Positions 10,218 through 18,979 of a stretch of 64,000 nucleotides of DNA are shown here, piece after piece (the first letter of the stretch is position 1; every line of letters begins with the position of its first letter). The DNA lies in contig JACPSZ010000015.1 of the NCBI GenBank assembly GCA_024860875.1, forward strand, positions 51,325 through 115,324. The letters run 5' to 3'. Below the pieces are notes generated by a model. It had not been told where the DNA came from and did not search any database. It was given only the letters and a program-made list of their open reading frames with translations. Made by a program: the position numbers and the translations under genes. Source of the stretch: Nitrososphaerota archaeon (GTDB lineage Archaea > Thermoproteota > Nitrososphaeria > Nitrososphaerales > UBA57).

Positions 10218-10718
10218 ATGATTTCTGAAGATATCAAGGCCAAGATAGTCAGGCGCTACAACGAGAACCCTCACGGCTGGCAGGTCTTTACCGCTAGGGA
10301 TGCAAGAGGGCATATCGATACTGTGTTTGTTCAAGGCGAAGATGTCTTTGCGATGAAGGAAGAAGTTATCAATCCTTTTAGCGCTGTCGGAGTAGGAATT
10401 CAGGAAAAAGTCAATTTCAAGAAAACTCTTGCTGGGCCGTCTTTTGGATTACGTCCTTTAGATTTCAGGACGCTAGAGATGTTGCTTGCTATGAGTGAAA
10501 ATGCCCAGAAGAATATTGTAGGGGAATTGATGAGCAGAAATCCTGTTTCGATACCGAACATAAACGCGCCAGCAGTAATTCAGGGGCCTGTGACCAATTC
10601 TAACGATGCATTGTCGATAATGGGGAGCAAACAGAAAGACGTTAATTCCCAACTGAAGGAAGAGCTTGACAAACTATTGGAGAAGAAGTATCCTCATTTG
10701 AAGACGATGTATGGTTAA
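10218..10718 (+). CDS. Hypothetical protein
   Basis: 166-aa ORF in a co-directional gene string; no family recognised. Confidence 0.45.
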   Translation: MISEDIKAKIVRRYNENPHGWQVFTARDARGHIDTVFVQGEDVFAMKEEVINPFSAVGVGIQEKVNFKKTLAGPSFGLRPLDFRTLEMLLAMSENAQKNIVGELMSRNPVSIPNINAPAVIQGPVTNSNDALSIMGSKQKDVNSQLKEELDKLLEKKYPHLKTMYG

Positions 10719-10754
10719 TTTTTGCTTATTTATACCACCGTAAAATCCTAAACT

Positions 10755-11000
10755 ATGTCTGGCTACAAAACATTAGCAGAGATATTCGGATGGCTCGGGG
10801 CAATTATAACGATAATAGCGTATGCATTGATCAGTTTTGGCGTTTTTGACGCTACCAATATTCTGTATCAGATTCTGAATCTAACCGGTGCAGTTGGCGT
10901 TGGCGTAGTTTCGATAATGAAGAAAATCTACCAACCAGCAACTCTCGAAGTAATCTGGGCACTTATTGCATTCATAGCGCTGTTGAATATCATACTTTAG
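10755..11000 (+). CDS. Small 3-TM membrane protein
   Basis: 81-aa ORF, three hydrophobic segments. Confidence 0.45.
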   Translation: MSGYKTLAEIFGWLGAIITIIAYALISFGVFDATNILYQILNLTGAVGVGVVSIMKKIYQPATLEVIWALIAFIALLNIIL

Positions 11001-11249
11001 TGAATAAGATTCCGATGGTTCTGATACCTTAACTGAATATGATTTTTGAGTAAATTGAGGAAAATGGGGCAGTATGACAAGGCCATGCAATGGTCAAGAT
11101 CTTTTCATGATATTCGAAAATGTCGCAAAATGTCGGAATTGAGGGGGAGGGGGTCAGACCAATCAGCAAAGCGGGAAGCCCACAAGGAAAGTTGAATCCA
11201 GCACGGAACCATTTAAGAGTGAAGAGGTCGGAGAGAAGAGTATCGAGAT

Positions 11250-11375
11250 ATGAAAGCCAAGTTCAAAACCAAGTGCCCCGAATGTAAGGGGGACATCAAG
11301 CCGGGTCAGGAGATCGTAAAGCATGAAGGAAGATGGATCCACGAAGCGTGTGCGCCAAAGGGGGAATTTCCATGA
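11250..11375 (+). CDS. Putative 41-aa zinc-ribbon peptide (below the 60-aa ORF-track cutoff)
   Basis: ATG at 11250, TGA at 11373-11375; MKAKFKTKCPECKGDIKPGQEIVKHEGRWIHEACAPKGEFP has a CPEC...HEAC metal-binding pattern. Confidence 0.3.
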   Translation: MKAKFKTKCPECKGDIKPGQEIVKHEGRWIHEACAPKGEFP

Positions 11376-11634
11376 GCACCCCTGCTTCTGCGTTTAAAGG
11401 AGCGTAAGCAATTTCTTCAATAACGACAGAAACTGTCTTCATAGTTACTTCATACGGAGCAACAGGCCCTGCTCTAGGAGACCTTGGTAGAGGATAGAAT
11501 TGGTACAGGCGGTCGGGCTTTTCGAGCCCAAGAACATGACTGCAAATGACTTTCTGAAGTATTAGGACGCTTCCATCCTAAGAGGGTTTGAGTATACCTT
11601 TGGAGGCGGGTTATTGAACCTCTTATCATAGTGC

Positions 11635-13533
11635 ATGGACAAGCCCCAAAAACGCATAAAGCGAGGAATAGGTTGTTCCAAGTCAATGTCAGTTGGAGAG
11701 GGGGGATTTGTAGGTCTTACAAAGAGTACGGATTCGTTCAAGATTAGTCCAGATTGGAACCCTGTTCTTCAGGGATTCTCCGAGGAGAGGGTTAGAGATC
11801 TAATGCAGCGAATCTGGATTGGGGACATCGATGGCTTGGCAGAAATTACCGGTCTAGACAAGAAGAAAACTCTACAAGCTGTTCGAAGGTACGATGAGAC
11901 AGCTGTAGGAATAGATGAAAGACGGATCTTCAGGACTCCTGATGCACGAAAGTTGAAGCAGGAGATCCTCTCGCTCTTCGCTGAGGAAGCCTCTTCAAAA
12001 TTGACTAAGAACAAATTGCTTCTAACTGCACCCTCACTGGACAAAGAGACGATTCAGAGCAGGCTAAGCTTATGCGCAACAGGAAAAGAAATCCTCATTG
12101 AGCTCAAGAAATACCGAAAGGTAGAAAATCTTAGGAATGTATTGTCGGAAGTATCATTTGAGAAAAGCACTGGGAAGTCTACCCAAAGAAACGAGTCCGA
12201 TACTTTACAATACTTTGTTTCGCGAAAACAGATCATGAAAGCTGGAATGGCTATTCTAACGGAGTTCGAGGAGTGCCAGGCCTTGAAGTCATTTTGGAAG
12301 GGGGTCGACCGTGATGCTTTGGGCCTAGTTATCAAAACCTTGGAGCAGCTCGGGGCTTCTGGAGTTGTGGACCCGGAAGCTATTCTGTCTGATGCTGAAG
12401 TTCTCATTAACGAGATGCTACAAAAGGGGAGAATTGATCAGGAGAAGGCAAGAAGCATCGTTGAAGACCAGATTGCTGAGCTGATCGAAATCTTGAAGGT
12501 GAACGTGGAGGAGGAGAACCAACTAAGAAGGGCGGCGTTTGAGGGACTCTCGATTCCATTCGAATTCGATAGAAGCGGAAAGAGGAAACTCATACAGGGT
12601 TGGGAGGAGAGACAGAGGACAGAAAATGCAGCAAAGCTAGCCAAGAGCGAGGCGTTCTTCGAGGGACACTGGAAGATGATTGACGATATTGTTGAGCGAA
12701 TCATTCTCCTTGACCAGATCCTTGCTATCGCGTTGGTAATGGAGAAGTACTTTCTTGTTATGCCTAAGATTGGGGATGATGGAGTAGGGTTTGTAAATGG
12801 AACCAACATCTTCCTGAGGAAGGAGCAGTTCGAGGGGAGAATCAAGGAGGTTCAGCCAGTCAGTTACAGCCTTGGGAAGACGCGATCGATTAACATCGCA
12901 AAGCCCAGAAACGTGGTCATGTTAACAGGCGCGAACAGCGGAGGGAAGACCACCCTTCTGACAACTTTGGCAGTAGTTCAAATCCTCACTCTTTTGGGGC
13001 TGCCAGTTCCATGTGATGAGGCAGAGGTTGCACCGATGCCAATCTACCTTTACAGGAGGAGAGTAACGAGAAGGATTGGTAGCCTTGAGCAAGCCCTAAG
13101 TACTCTGATTCCTACTTTTGCTGACAGGCACCGAAAGCTGGTGCTGATGGATGAGTTCGAGGCTTTGACGGAACCAGGGGCTTCGGGAAGAATCGTCGCA
13201 GCCATCATAAATGCGGTGGCTACGGGGAGTAGTCTCCTTCTTATCGTCACGCATTTGGCCCGAGAAACACTCCCGCACGTGAAGCTTCCGATTCGGATAG
13301 ACGGGATAGAGGCAACAGGCCTTAACAAAGAAGGTGAACTTGTTGTAGATAGACAGCCTCTATTCAATCATATCGGCTCCAGTACTCCAAAGCTCATCAT
13401 AATGAAGCTCTCGAAGGCAGCAAGAAAGAAGAGTGTAAAGTCGTTATATAATGATGTCCTCAATTCTCTCGAGAACGAGAAGCTACCAATCCAGACTCCA
13501 TTGGCTTTGCCCTGGATCGAGGGAGCTGAATGA
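11635..13533 (+). CDS. MutS-family ATPase (domain V only; MutS2/MutS5-like, no mismatch-binding or Smr domain recognised)
   Basis: 632-aa ORF; C-terminal VVMLTGANSGGKTTLLTTLA (Walker A), KLVLMDEFEALTEPG (Walker B region), LLLIVTHL; helical N-terminal ~400 aa; true start may be an internal Met. Confidence 0.7.
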   Translation: MDKPQKRIKRGIGCSKSMSVGEGGFVGLTKSTDSFKISPDWNPVLQGFSEERVRDLMQRIWIGDIDGLAEITGLDKKKTLQAVRRYDETAVGIDERRIFRTPDARKLKQEILSLFAEEASSKLTKNKLLLTAPSLDKETIQSRLSLCATGKEILIELKKYRKVENLRNVLSEVSFEKSTGKSTQRNESDTLQYFVSRKQIMKAGMAILTEFEECQALKSFWKGVDRDALGLVIKTLEQLGASGVVDPEAILSDAEVLINEMLQKGRIDQEKARSIVEDQIAELIEILKVNVEEENQLRRAAFEGLSIPFEFDRSGKRKLIQGWEERQRTENAAKLAKSEAFFEGHWKMIDDIVERIILLDQILAIALVMEKYFLVMPKIGDDGVGFVNGTNIFLRKEQFEGRIKEVQPVSYSLGKTRSINIAKPRNVVMLTGANSGGKTTLLTTLAVVQILTLLGLPVPCDEAEVAPMPIYLYRRRVTRRIGSLEQALSTLIPTFADRHRKLVLMDEFEALTEPGASGRIVAAIINAVATGSSLLLIVTHLARETLPHVKLPIRIDGIEATGLNKEGELVVDRQPLFNHIGSSTPKLIIMKLSKAARKKSVKSLYNDVLNSLENEKLPIQTPLALPWIEGAE

Positions 13534-14249
13534 AGTGGCCGTATTTGGAGAAAGGGAGAACTTCCATATGGTTGGGCGTGTTCACATAGATGATACGGAT
13601 TGGCACACCAGGTTATAGTTACCAAGACTAGAAGGGCCTTTTCTATCCCAGAGGCCTAAAATCTTCAGATTTCCTGAAATACTATTCAACATTCTTTGAT
13701 TGCGTCAGCTCAGATAAATAAATCCATTTATAAATGACTTCATTTAGGTCATCGATTGGGCACAGAGGTTTTGATCCAATACCCATGATACTAACCAAGC
13801 TATGAGACTCGGGCCAGATGTGGTATCAATCCCACCGATGTCGCCAGATTATACATCTGCATTCCAATTAGAGAATTTGAACCTAATCAGGTTTAAGAAC
13901 CTGCGACTGCACCTTCCCCAATTCGTAGAGGCAACTTTACTATGGCTCCTCAGGGGGAGCTGAGCAACACACTCCTAGCACTTGGTCTATAAACTCCTTA
14001 ACTTGAGTAGCGGGTACTGCTTTCCGCATACTTCCGTTATTCGTGATAAAAGTCGCCTCTACCTTACCTTCCGCTGAATATGTGCATCGTTCATGTCTGA
14101 AATTCCTATGCACTTGATTTCGTCGGCCATAACCTGACAGCAGGAGTAGTTGCTTTGTGGGTTCCTGCTTTAGATCAATCCTTTCCCCCTGGCCTACACG
14201 TTCATTTAGGACAATCATATGGATCTGGGATTTTCCATTACCATGTTTT

Positions 14250-14328
14250 TGGTGGGGTCGGAGGGATTTGAACCCTCGATCTTATGGGCCCAAGCCATAA
14301 AGCCTAGACCAGACTAGCCGACGACCCC
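14250..14328 (-). tRNA. tRNA-Pro (anticodon TGG), CCA encoded
   Basis: Hand-folded cloverleaf: acceptor GGGGTCG/CGACCCC, D stem GGCT/GGCT (two G-U), anticodon stem TATGG/CCATA, loop CTTGGGC, T arm GAGGG-TTCAAAT-CCCTC, A73, CCA. Confidence 0.85.
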
Positions 14329-14356
14329 CGCAATTTCAAACGCTAAAAGGCAACAG

Positions 14357-14364
14357 TATAAAAA
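14357..14364 (-). promoter_or_regulatory. TATA-like box (TTTTTATA on minus strand) about 30 nt upstream of tRNA-Pro
   Basis: AT-rich octamer at archaeal TATA distance from tRNA 5' end. Confidence 0.3.
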
Positions 14365-14420
14365 CGGTCTATATAACTCGAAGTTGCGAGATTCCATACT
14401 TGCGCAGAGCTGAAACCTAG

Positions 14421-15416
14421 ATGATACAAGATTCTATCCCAGCAATTATAATTTCTGCTATTCTGCCTCTTTTGATTACTTATTTTAGCACTGCGTACCT
14501 GATCAAAAAACTCACAGCAAGGGGCTGGGTTGCGATGGATTATCATAAACCAGATAAGCCCAACGTCCCAAGACCTGCAGGGCCTGCAATAATCCTAGGC
14601 CTTTTGATCACTCTGATCATTCTATATGCAATTACCCGAAACAACGGAATCCTTGCAATATCCATGGCGACGCTTTCTGGCTTCATCGTCGGAATTGTAG
14701 ATGACCTGAGAACTCTCTCCGGACCACTGAAACCTCTTTTAATGATTGCTGGAGGTCTTCCGATAATCCTGCTCGGAACTTATTCTCCTTACTTTGCATT
14801 CCCATTATTTGGAGCTGCAAGGATTTCTTTGATCTACATTCTGCTCATCCTTTTCGCGATACCTGTCACCGCAAACACTGTAAATACAATAGACGTATTG
14901 AATGGAGCTGTAAGCGGTTTCGTCATTCTAACTTCTATACCAGTAATATTCGCGTTGTTGCTAAAACAGCAGTTCGTCCTTGCAGCCTCCGCAATAGTAC
15001 TCTTCTCTGCCGCAATTGGGTTCTTCATGCACCATAAGTTTCCCTCTAAAATATTCCCTGGGGATTCTGGAACCCTAGCATTCGGAGCGATGTACGGCGC
15101 TATAGTCATAGTCGGGGGAGTCGAATTGGTCGGCGTGATTGCAATCCTGCCAGCCATAATGAACTCGTTCTTCTACCTCTCAAGCGTAAGGAGATTTACG
15201 GAGCATAGAAAAATCAAGATAAGACCAACAGTAGTATTGGATGATGGTAGATTAGTTGCAGAGAGGGATTCAATGGCACCGATAACTCTAGTCCGGCTGA
15301 TAGTTGCAGACGCTCCCATGAGCGAGAAGGAAATAGTTCAAAGTATATACAAACTTACAGCATTTTCATCATTATTGGCAATCATCGTCGCAGCATTGAC
15401 ATGGGTGGAGCTATGA
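14421..15416 (+). CDS. Glycosyltransferase family 4 (UDP-HexNAc:polyprenyl-phosphate HexNAc-1-P transferase, AglH/WecA/MraY-like)
   Basis: 331-aa polytopic ORF; VDDLR, NTIDVLNG, FPGDSGTLAFGAMYG motifs. Confidence 0.8.
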   Translation: MIQDSIPAIIISAILPLLITYFSTAYLIKKLTARGWVAMDYHKPDKPNVPRPAGPAIILGLLITLIILYAITRNNGILAISMATLSGFIVGIVDDLRTLSGPLKPLLMIAGGLPIILLGTYSPYFAFPLFGAARISLIYILLILFAIPVTANTVNTIDVLNGAVSGFVILTSIPVIFALLLKQQFVLAASAIVLFSAAIGFFMHHKFPSKIFPGDSGTLAFGAMYGAIVIVGGVELVGVIAILPAIMNSFFYLSSVRRFTEHRKIKIRPTVVLDDGRLVAERDSMAPITLVRLIVADAPMSEKEIVQSIYKLTAFSSLLAIIVAALTWVEL

Positions 15417-15649
15417 AGACCATCTATCCGATAATGGGCATAATGACAGTAGCTTTGGTTCTGCTGCTCATTTTATCTTACTTCATATTCACAATAGTCG
15501 TACCTCTGCCAGACATCGTACCAGGAGGTATTCTGATAACAGCGATGGTGAAGGTTGTCGTTTCAGGAATACTTGTCCTCTTCTGGATATTCGCTCTATG
15601 GCAGTTAACTATGCTCTACATGAAACGCAAAGTCTACAAGACTACTTGA
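15401..15649 (+). CDS. Small 2-TM membrane protein
   Basis: 82-aa hydrophobic ORF overlapping the GT4 stop by 16 nt (alternative ATG at 15413). Confidence 0.4.
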   Translation: MGGAMKTIYPIMGIMTVALVLLLILSYFIFTIVVPLPDIVPGGILITAMVKVVVSGILVLFWIFALWQLTMLYMKRKVYKTT

Positions 15650-16151
15650 TGCTTGCAAGAGCCTTGCTTATTTCCTCGTAATTTGGTTCAATCCCAGGAT
15701 CGTCGGTTACCCACTTGAACCTTACAATACCATCTTTGTCTGTTATGAAAATAGACCTTTTTGCGACTAGATAGTTAGGCAGTCCTGCAAAGTTGTTCGA
15801 TTCTAAGCCATACTTCGCAATTGTTTGTCTCCCGTAATCGCTTAGAAATGGGAAGCTTAGCTTGTTTGCGTCCGCAAAGCCTTTGTTGGCAAATGGGCTG
15901 TCAACGCTAATGCCAACTATCTGGGCGCCCATTTTCTGTAGTTTCGACAAATCATCTCTCAACTTGCATGCCTCTCTCGTACAAATACCTGTGAAAGCAC
16001 CGGGGAAGAATGCAATGACGGTCTTTTTCCCCATGAATTCTGAAAGTTTCCTTTGCTTCCGCTCAGTATCGTATAACGTGAAATCAGGTGCCTTCTGTCC
16101 AACCTCAACTTTAGCCATGATCTTAATCCCTTTTTCCCTTTCTTTTTTCAA
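15642..16151 (-). CDS. Peroxiredoxin (AhpC/TSA, Bcp-like)
   Basis: 169-aa ORF; GQKAPDFTLYD and FFPGAFTGICTRE peroxidatic-Cys context; likely true start is the ATG at 16118 (MAKVEVGQ). Confidence 0.85.
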   Translation of the reverse strand: MKKEREKGIKIMAKVEVGQKAPDFTLYDTERKQRKLSEFMGKKTVIAFFPGAFTGICTREACKLRDDLSKLQKMGAQIVGISVDSPFANKGFADANKLSFPFLSDYGRQTIAKYGLESNNFAGLPNYLVAKRSIFITDKDGIVRFKWVTDDPGIEPNYEEISKALASIK

Positions 16152-16260
16152 CTGTCTAAAAACTTTATTGAAGATTGTGGTGTAATTTTGTTTCAGTTTT
16201 TGAGTTTAAATACCAAGGGAAATACATAGACAAGCACAGACACAACATTTTGAGTTGGGC

Positions 16261-16267
16261 TTAAATA
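16261..16267 (+). promoter_or_regulatory. TATA-like box (TTAAATA) about 29 nt upstream of the GYD-gene ATG (leaderless-type spacing)
   Basis: Position relative to ATG 16293; archaeal TATA is centred about -26 from the transcription start. Confidence 0.35.
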
Positions 16268-16292
16268 CAAATGGAAATGCAGATGCAAAGCA

Positions 16293-16553
16293 ATGATATT
16301 CGTAATGTTGGCAAAGTTCAGGAGGAAGCCAAGGAAGGAAGACGTCCGCAGAACCCCAGAAATCCTGACGAGGAACGGGGCGAAGCAGACCCTAGCAGCG
16401 TTTTGGACGTTCGGAAGATACGACGCAGTATTGGCGTTTGAAGCAGACAACGAGGATGCAGCGATGAAGATAGCGCTGGAGTTCTCCGATCTGGCTTCGA
16501 TAGAGACGCTAATAGCGGTTCCAAGAGAACAAGCGTTACAGCTTCTTGACTAG
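16293..16553 (+). CDS. GYD-domain protein
   Basis: 86-aa ORF; WTFGRYDAVLAFEADNEDAAMK matches the GYD family signature. Confidence 0.7.
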   Translation: MIFVMLAKFRRKPRKEDVRRTPEILTRNGAKQTLAAFWTFGRYDAVLAFEADNEDAAMKIALEFSDLASIETLIAVPREQALQLLD

Positions 16554-16575
16554 CTAGCATTCTATGTGCTAGCTT

Positions 16576-16935
16576 TCACTTCAGATATATTGTATCGTAG
16601 TTTTCCTTGCGGGGTATGATGCAGAGGAATTCAGCGTCTTCTTTACTGTTGTTTTTGTACCAATGTATCGTCCCAGCAGGGATGAACAGTGCATCGCCAG
16701 TCTTGACCTTGTGCTGTTTGTCACCTATGCCAACAGTATAATTTCCCTTGATAACGTACTGTTCGTGCTCGATTTCCGGATGGTAATGCTTCGGTATACT
16801 TCCCCCGGGCTTTATCCTGAACTTCCTTAACTCGAAGTTTGGCGCTCCATCGTTCCTATCAATTAGCCATTGCAGCTCAGCATCAATAGCGTTCTTTGCA
16901 GGTTCAGCCTTAACCTTTCCACTGCTCTTGAGCAT
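16576..16935 (-). CDS. Cupin-domain protein
   Basis: 119-aa ORF; GGSIPKHYHPEIEHEQYVIKG ... GDALFIPAGTIHW two-motif cupin signature. Confidence 0.75.
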   Translation of the reverse strand: MLKSSGKVKAEPAKNAIDAELQWLIDRNDGAPNFELRKFRIKPGGSIPKHYHPEIEHEQYVIKGNYTVGIGDKQHKVKTGDALFIPAGTIHWYKNNSKEDAEFLCIIPRKENYDTIYLK

Positions 16936-17187
16936 GAAGATAAAACGAATAGAGGTTCTATTAAACAGTCATTTCTTTGCAAGGAATTGTTTCTTATGAT
17001 CTCCTATGCTGTAGCCCCTCGAAACTCTTTCAGCAGAAGCTTCCAAAGTCATATCCACTAAACAAATTTCTTTAAGATAATTCCAGCTAATCTTTTCTCC
17101 TTTCATCCACTTTGGCTCTAATTCCGATGCAAGAACTTTTGCCTTTTGCTTGTACAGATCAATTTGATTGAGTCTGTAGGTTTGTAT

Positions 17188-17691
17188 TCAGTTTTTCTTT
17201 CGCAGCTCTCCATCTTCCCAAGCCTTCATCCTCTTGTTATATTCAACTCTAGAATAAACTGCTCTTGCGGGGATTCCAACGACGACAGTATTTGCAGGAA
17301 CATCCTTTGTAACTACAGCTCCCATAGCTACGACACTATTCTTGCCTATTTTCACGCCAGATTTTATAACAGAGTTGCCTCCGATTACTGCTCCATCTTC
17401 AACAAGTACACCAGCAAGTTTCTTTGAAGGAGGATATGGATCGTTGGTAAGTACGGCTGCAGGCCCAACGAAGACATTTTTTCCTATTCTTGACTTCGGA
17501 GCCAGATATACTGAACCCTCGATCCTTGAATTGTCGCCAATTATAACATCGTAATCCACATGGGCAAGGGAGCCTATCATCACGTTGTTTCCAATTGTGG
17601 TGTTGCTGCCAACATAGGCAAAGTTCCAAATCTTCACGTTCTTGCCGAGTTTTACATTGTTACCAATGAAATTTATTGGTTTTTTTGGCAC
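17188..17691 (-). CDS. Hexapeptide-repeat (left-handed beta-helix) sugar N-acetyltransferase, WbpD/WlbB-like
   Basis: 167-aa ORF made of [LIV]G-x4 hexapeptide repeats (IGNNVMIGSLAHVDYDVIIGDNSRIEG...). Confidence 0.8.
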   Translation of the reverse strand: MPKKPINFIGNNVKLGKNVKIWNFAYVGSNTTIGNNVMIGSLAHVDYDVIIGDNSRIEGSVYLAPKSRIGKNVFVGPAAVLTNDPYPPSKKLAGVLVEDGAVIGGNSVIKSGVKIGKNSVVAMGAVVTKDVPANTVVVGIPARAVYSRVEYNKRMKAWEDGELRKKN

Positions 17692-17724
17692 GGTTCTCGT
17701 CTCCTCTGGACGATATTTAAGGGG

Positions 17725-17994
17725 TTAAATGTGAAAGGGCTTGCCAGACTTCAGGATCTTCTCCGGGATGCTCTTCTTCCACTTCTGCAGAAATTCTATA
17801 TCCTCTTTGTCGTGGCGCATTTCGTCGGGAAGCATTCTCGGGATTTCATCTATGATTGGGTAGTAGCGCATGCACTTTGGGCATACCAATAGGCCATGCT
17901 GAATGACATCATTGCTCGCTGCAAATTCATAAAGATCCAAAGGATGATACTTGTCTATCGGGCAGGCAAGTATGTAGAGGAGCTTTCTCTTCAT
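17725..17994 (-). CDS. Trm112-like zinc-ribbon protein
   Basis: 89-aa ORF; LLYILACPIDK ... LLVCPKCMRYYPIIDEIPRMLPDE. Confidence 0.55.
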   Translation of the reverse strand: MKRKLLYILACPIDKYHPLDLYEFAASNDVIQHGLLVCPKCMRYYPIIDEIPRMLPDEMRHDKEDIEFLQKWKKSIPEKILKSGKPFHI

Positions 17995-18003
17995 GATTCA
18001 TCA

Positions 18004-18936
18004 TCAAAGGTTCAGGTATATGGGGACTCCCTTTTCGCTAGATGCGAGTGCAGCTTCAGCTATTTTTGTAGTATTGACACCGTCTTTTCCCGACACAAGA
18101 GGGGGTTTTTTCTGCTCAACAGCTTCCATGAAACTCTTGAGCTCTATCATTAAGGGTTCCTGCGTCTGCCTCCTCGGTATCTGAGTGCCATCGCTGTCAT
18201 CAAGCCTGATCTCTTGAGTTATGTAATCAGCGGTTACTATACCTGAGGTACAAACAGCGACGAGCTCCCTTACTCTCTTCGGGGTTACCCAGTTTGAAAC
18301 CAAGAATGCAGTCTTCTGGCCGTCGAAGCCCAGAATTATGGCTGCAAAATCTTCGTGCTGACTAATTACCTTTCCCGTCCTTGCAAAGACTATAGTAGGT
18401 TCCGTGTCAAATAACCACCTTGCAGTATCTATGTCATGAACTGAAGTATCTAGTACAACTCCGACATCTTTTATGCTGCCGGCCCACCTGTTTTCTCTGT
18501 GAAATTCTAGCAGCAATGGCTCTCCAAGCATTTTCCCCTGTATTATCTTCTTGAGCTCTGAAATTGCAGGGTTGAACCTCTCTATGAAACCTACCGTTAG
18601 AGGAACCTTCTTTTCAGTTGCCAGCTTTACTAACGCCTCCCCGTCCTTCGAAGAATAGGTTAGAGGTTTCTCGACTAGCGTTGCGACGCCTGCATGCATA
18701 GTCTTCTTTGCAAGCTCAAAATGCGTTACCGTTGGAGTGCAGATGGAAACCATGTCTGGCTTTCCGCTCTTCAGCATATCATCAATATTCGCATAACCTT
18801 TGACGCCATATTTTGAAGAGTACAGTTTCCTCTTCGGCTCATCGATTTCGGCAAAGCATGACAGTATCCCCAACTCGTTGAAAACTCTGAGGTGGTTCTT
18901 GCCCCAACCACCTGTGCCTATCACAGCAGCCTTCAT
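18004..18936 (-). CDS. Gfo/Idh/MocA-family NAD(P)-dependent oxidoreductase (WbpB-like)
   Basis: 310-aa ORF; MKAAVIGTGGWGKNH Rossmann N-terminus, LVEKPL motif. Confidence 0.85.
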   Translation of the reverse strand: MKAAVIGTGGWGKNHLRVFNELGILSCFAEIDEPKRKLYSSKYGVKGYANIDDMLKSGKPDMVSICTPTVTHFELAKKTMHAGVATLVEKPLTYSSKDGEALVKLATEKKVPLTVGFIERFNPAISELKKIIQGKMLGEPLLLEFHRENRWAGSIKDVGVVLDTSVHDIDTARWLFDTEPTIVFARTGKVISQHEDFAAIILGFDGQKTAFLVSNWVTPKRVRELVAVCTSGIVTADYITQEIRLDDSDGTQIPRRQTQEPLMIELKSFMEAVEQKKPPLVSGKDGVNTTKIAEAALASSEKGVPIYLNL

Positions 18937-18979
18937 TGCTCAAGCCTCCCAGAAAGCTCTCTGATTAGCTTTTGGAATA

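Noticed and set aside
11474-11686. 70-aa minus-strand ORF upstream of or overlapping the MutS-like start
   Set aside because: It has an odd Cys/Trp/Arg-rich composition, overlaps the MutS-like 5' end antisense, and has no motif.
13940-14218. 92-aa minus-strand ORF between the MutS-like gene and tRNA-Pro, considered as an integrase fragment
   Set aside because: It has no recombinase motifs (no R..HxxR..Y pattern) and an unremarkable composition, so I cannot support it as a gene. The region is noted only as ORF-poor.
11001-14249. Calling the tRNA-Pro-adjacent block an integrated mobile element or provirus
   Set aside because: I could recognise no integrase, transposase or capsid-like gene, and I found no direct repeat of the tRNA 3' half. 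The only echo is a 9-nt ATTTGAACC match at 13875-13883, which is expected by chance in 64 kb. It is kept only as a hypothesis in the findings.
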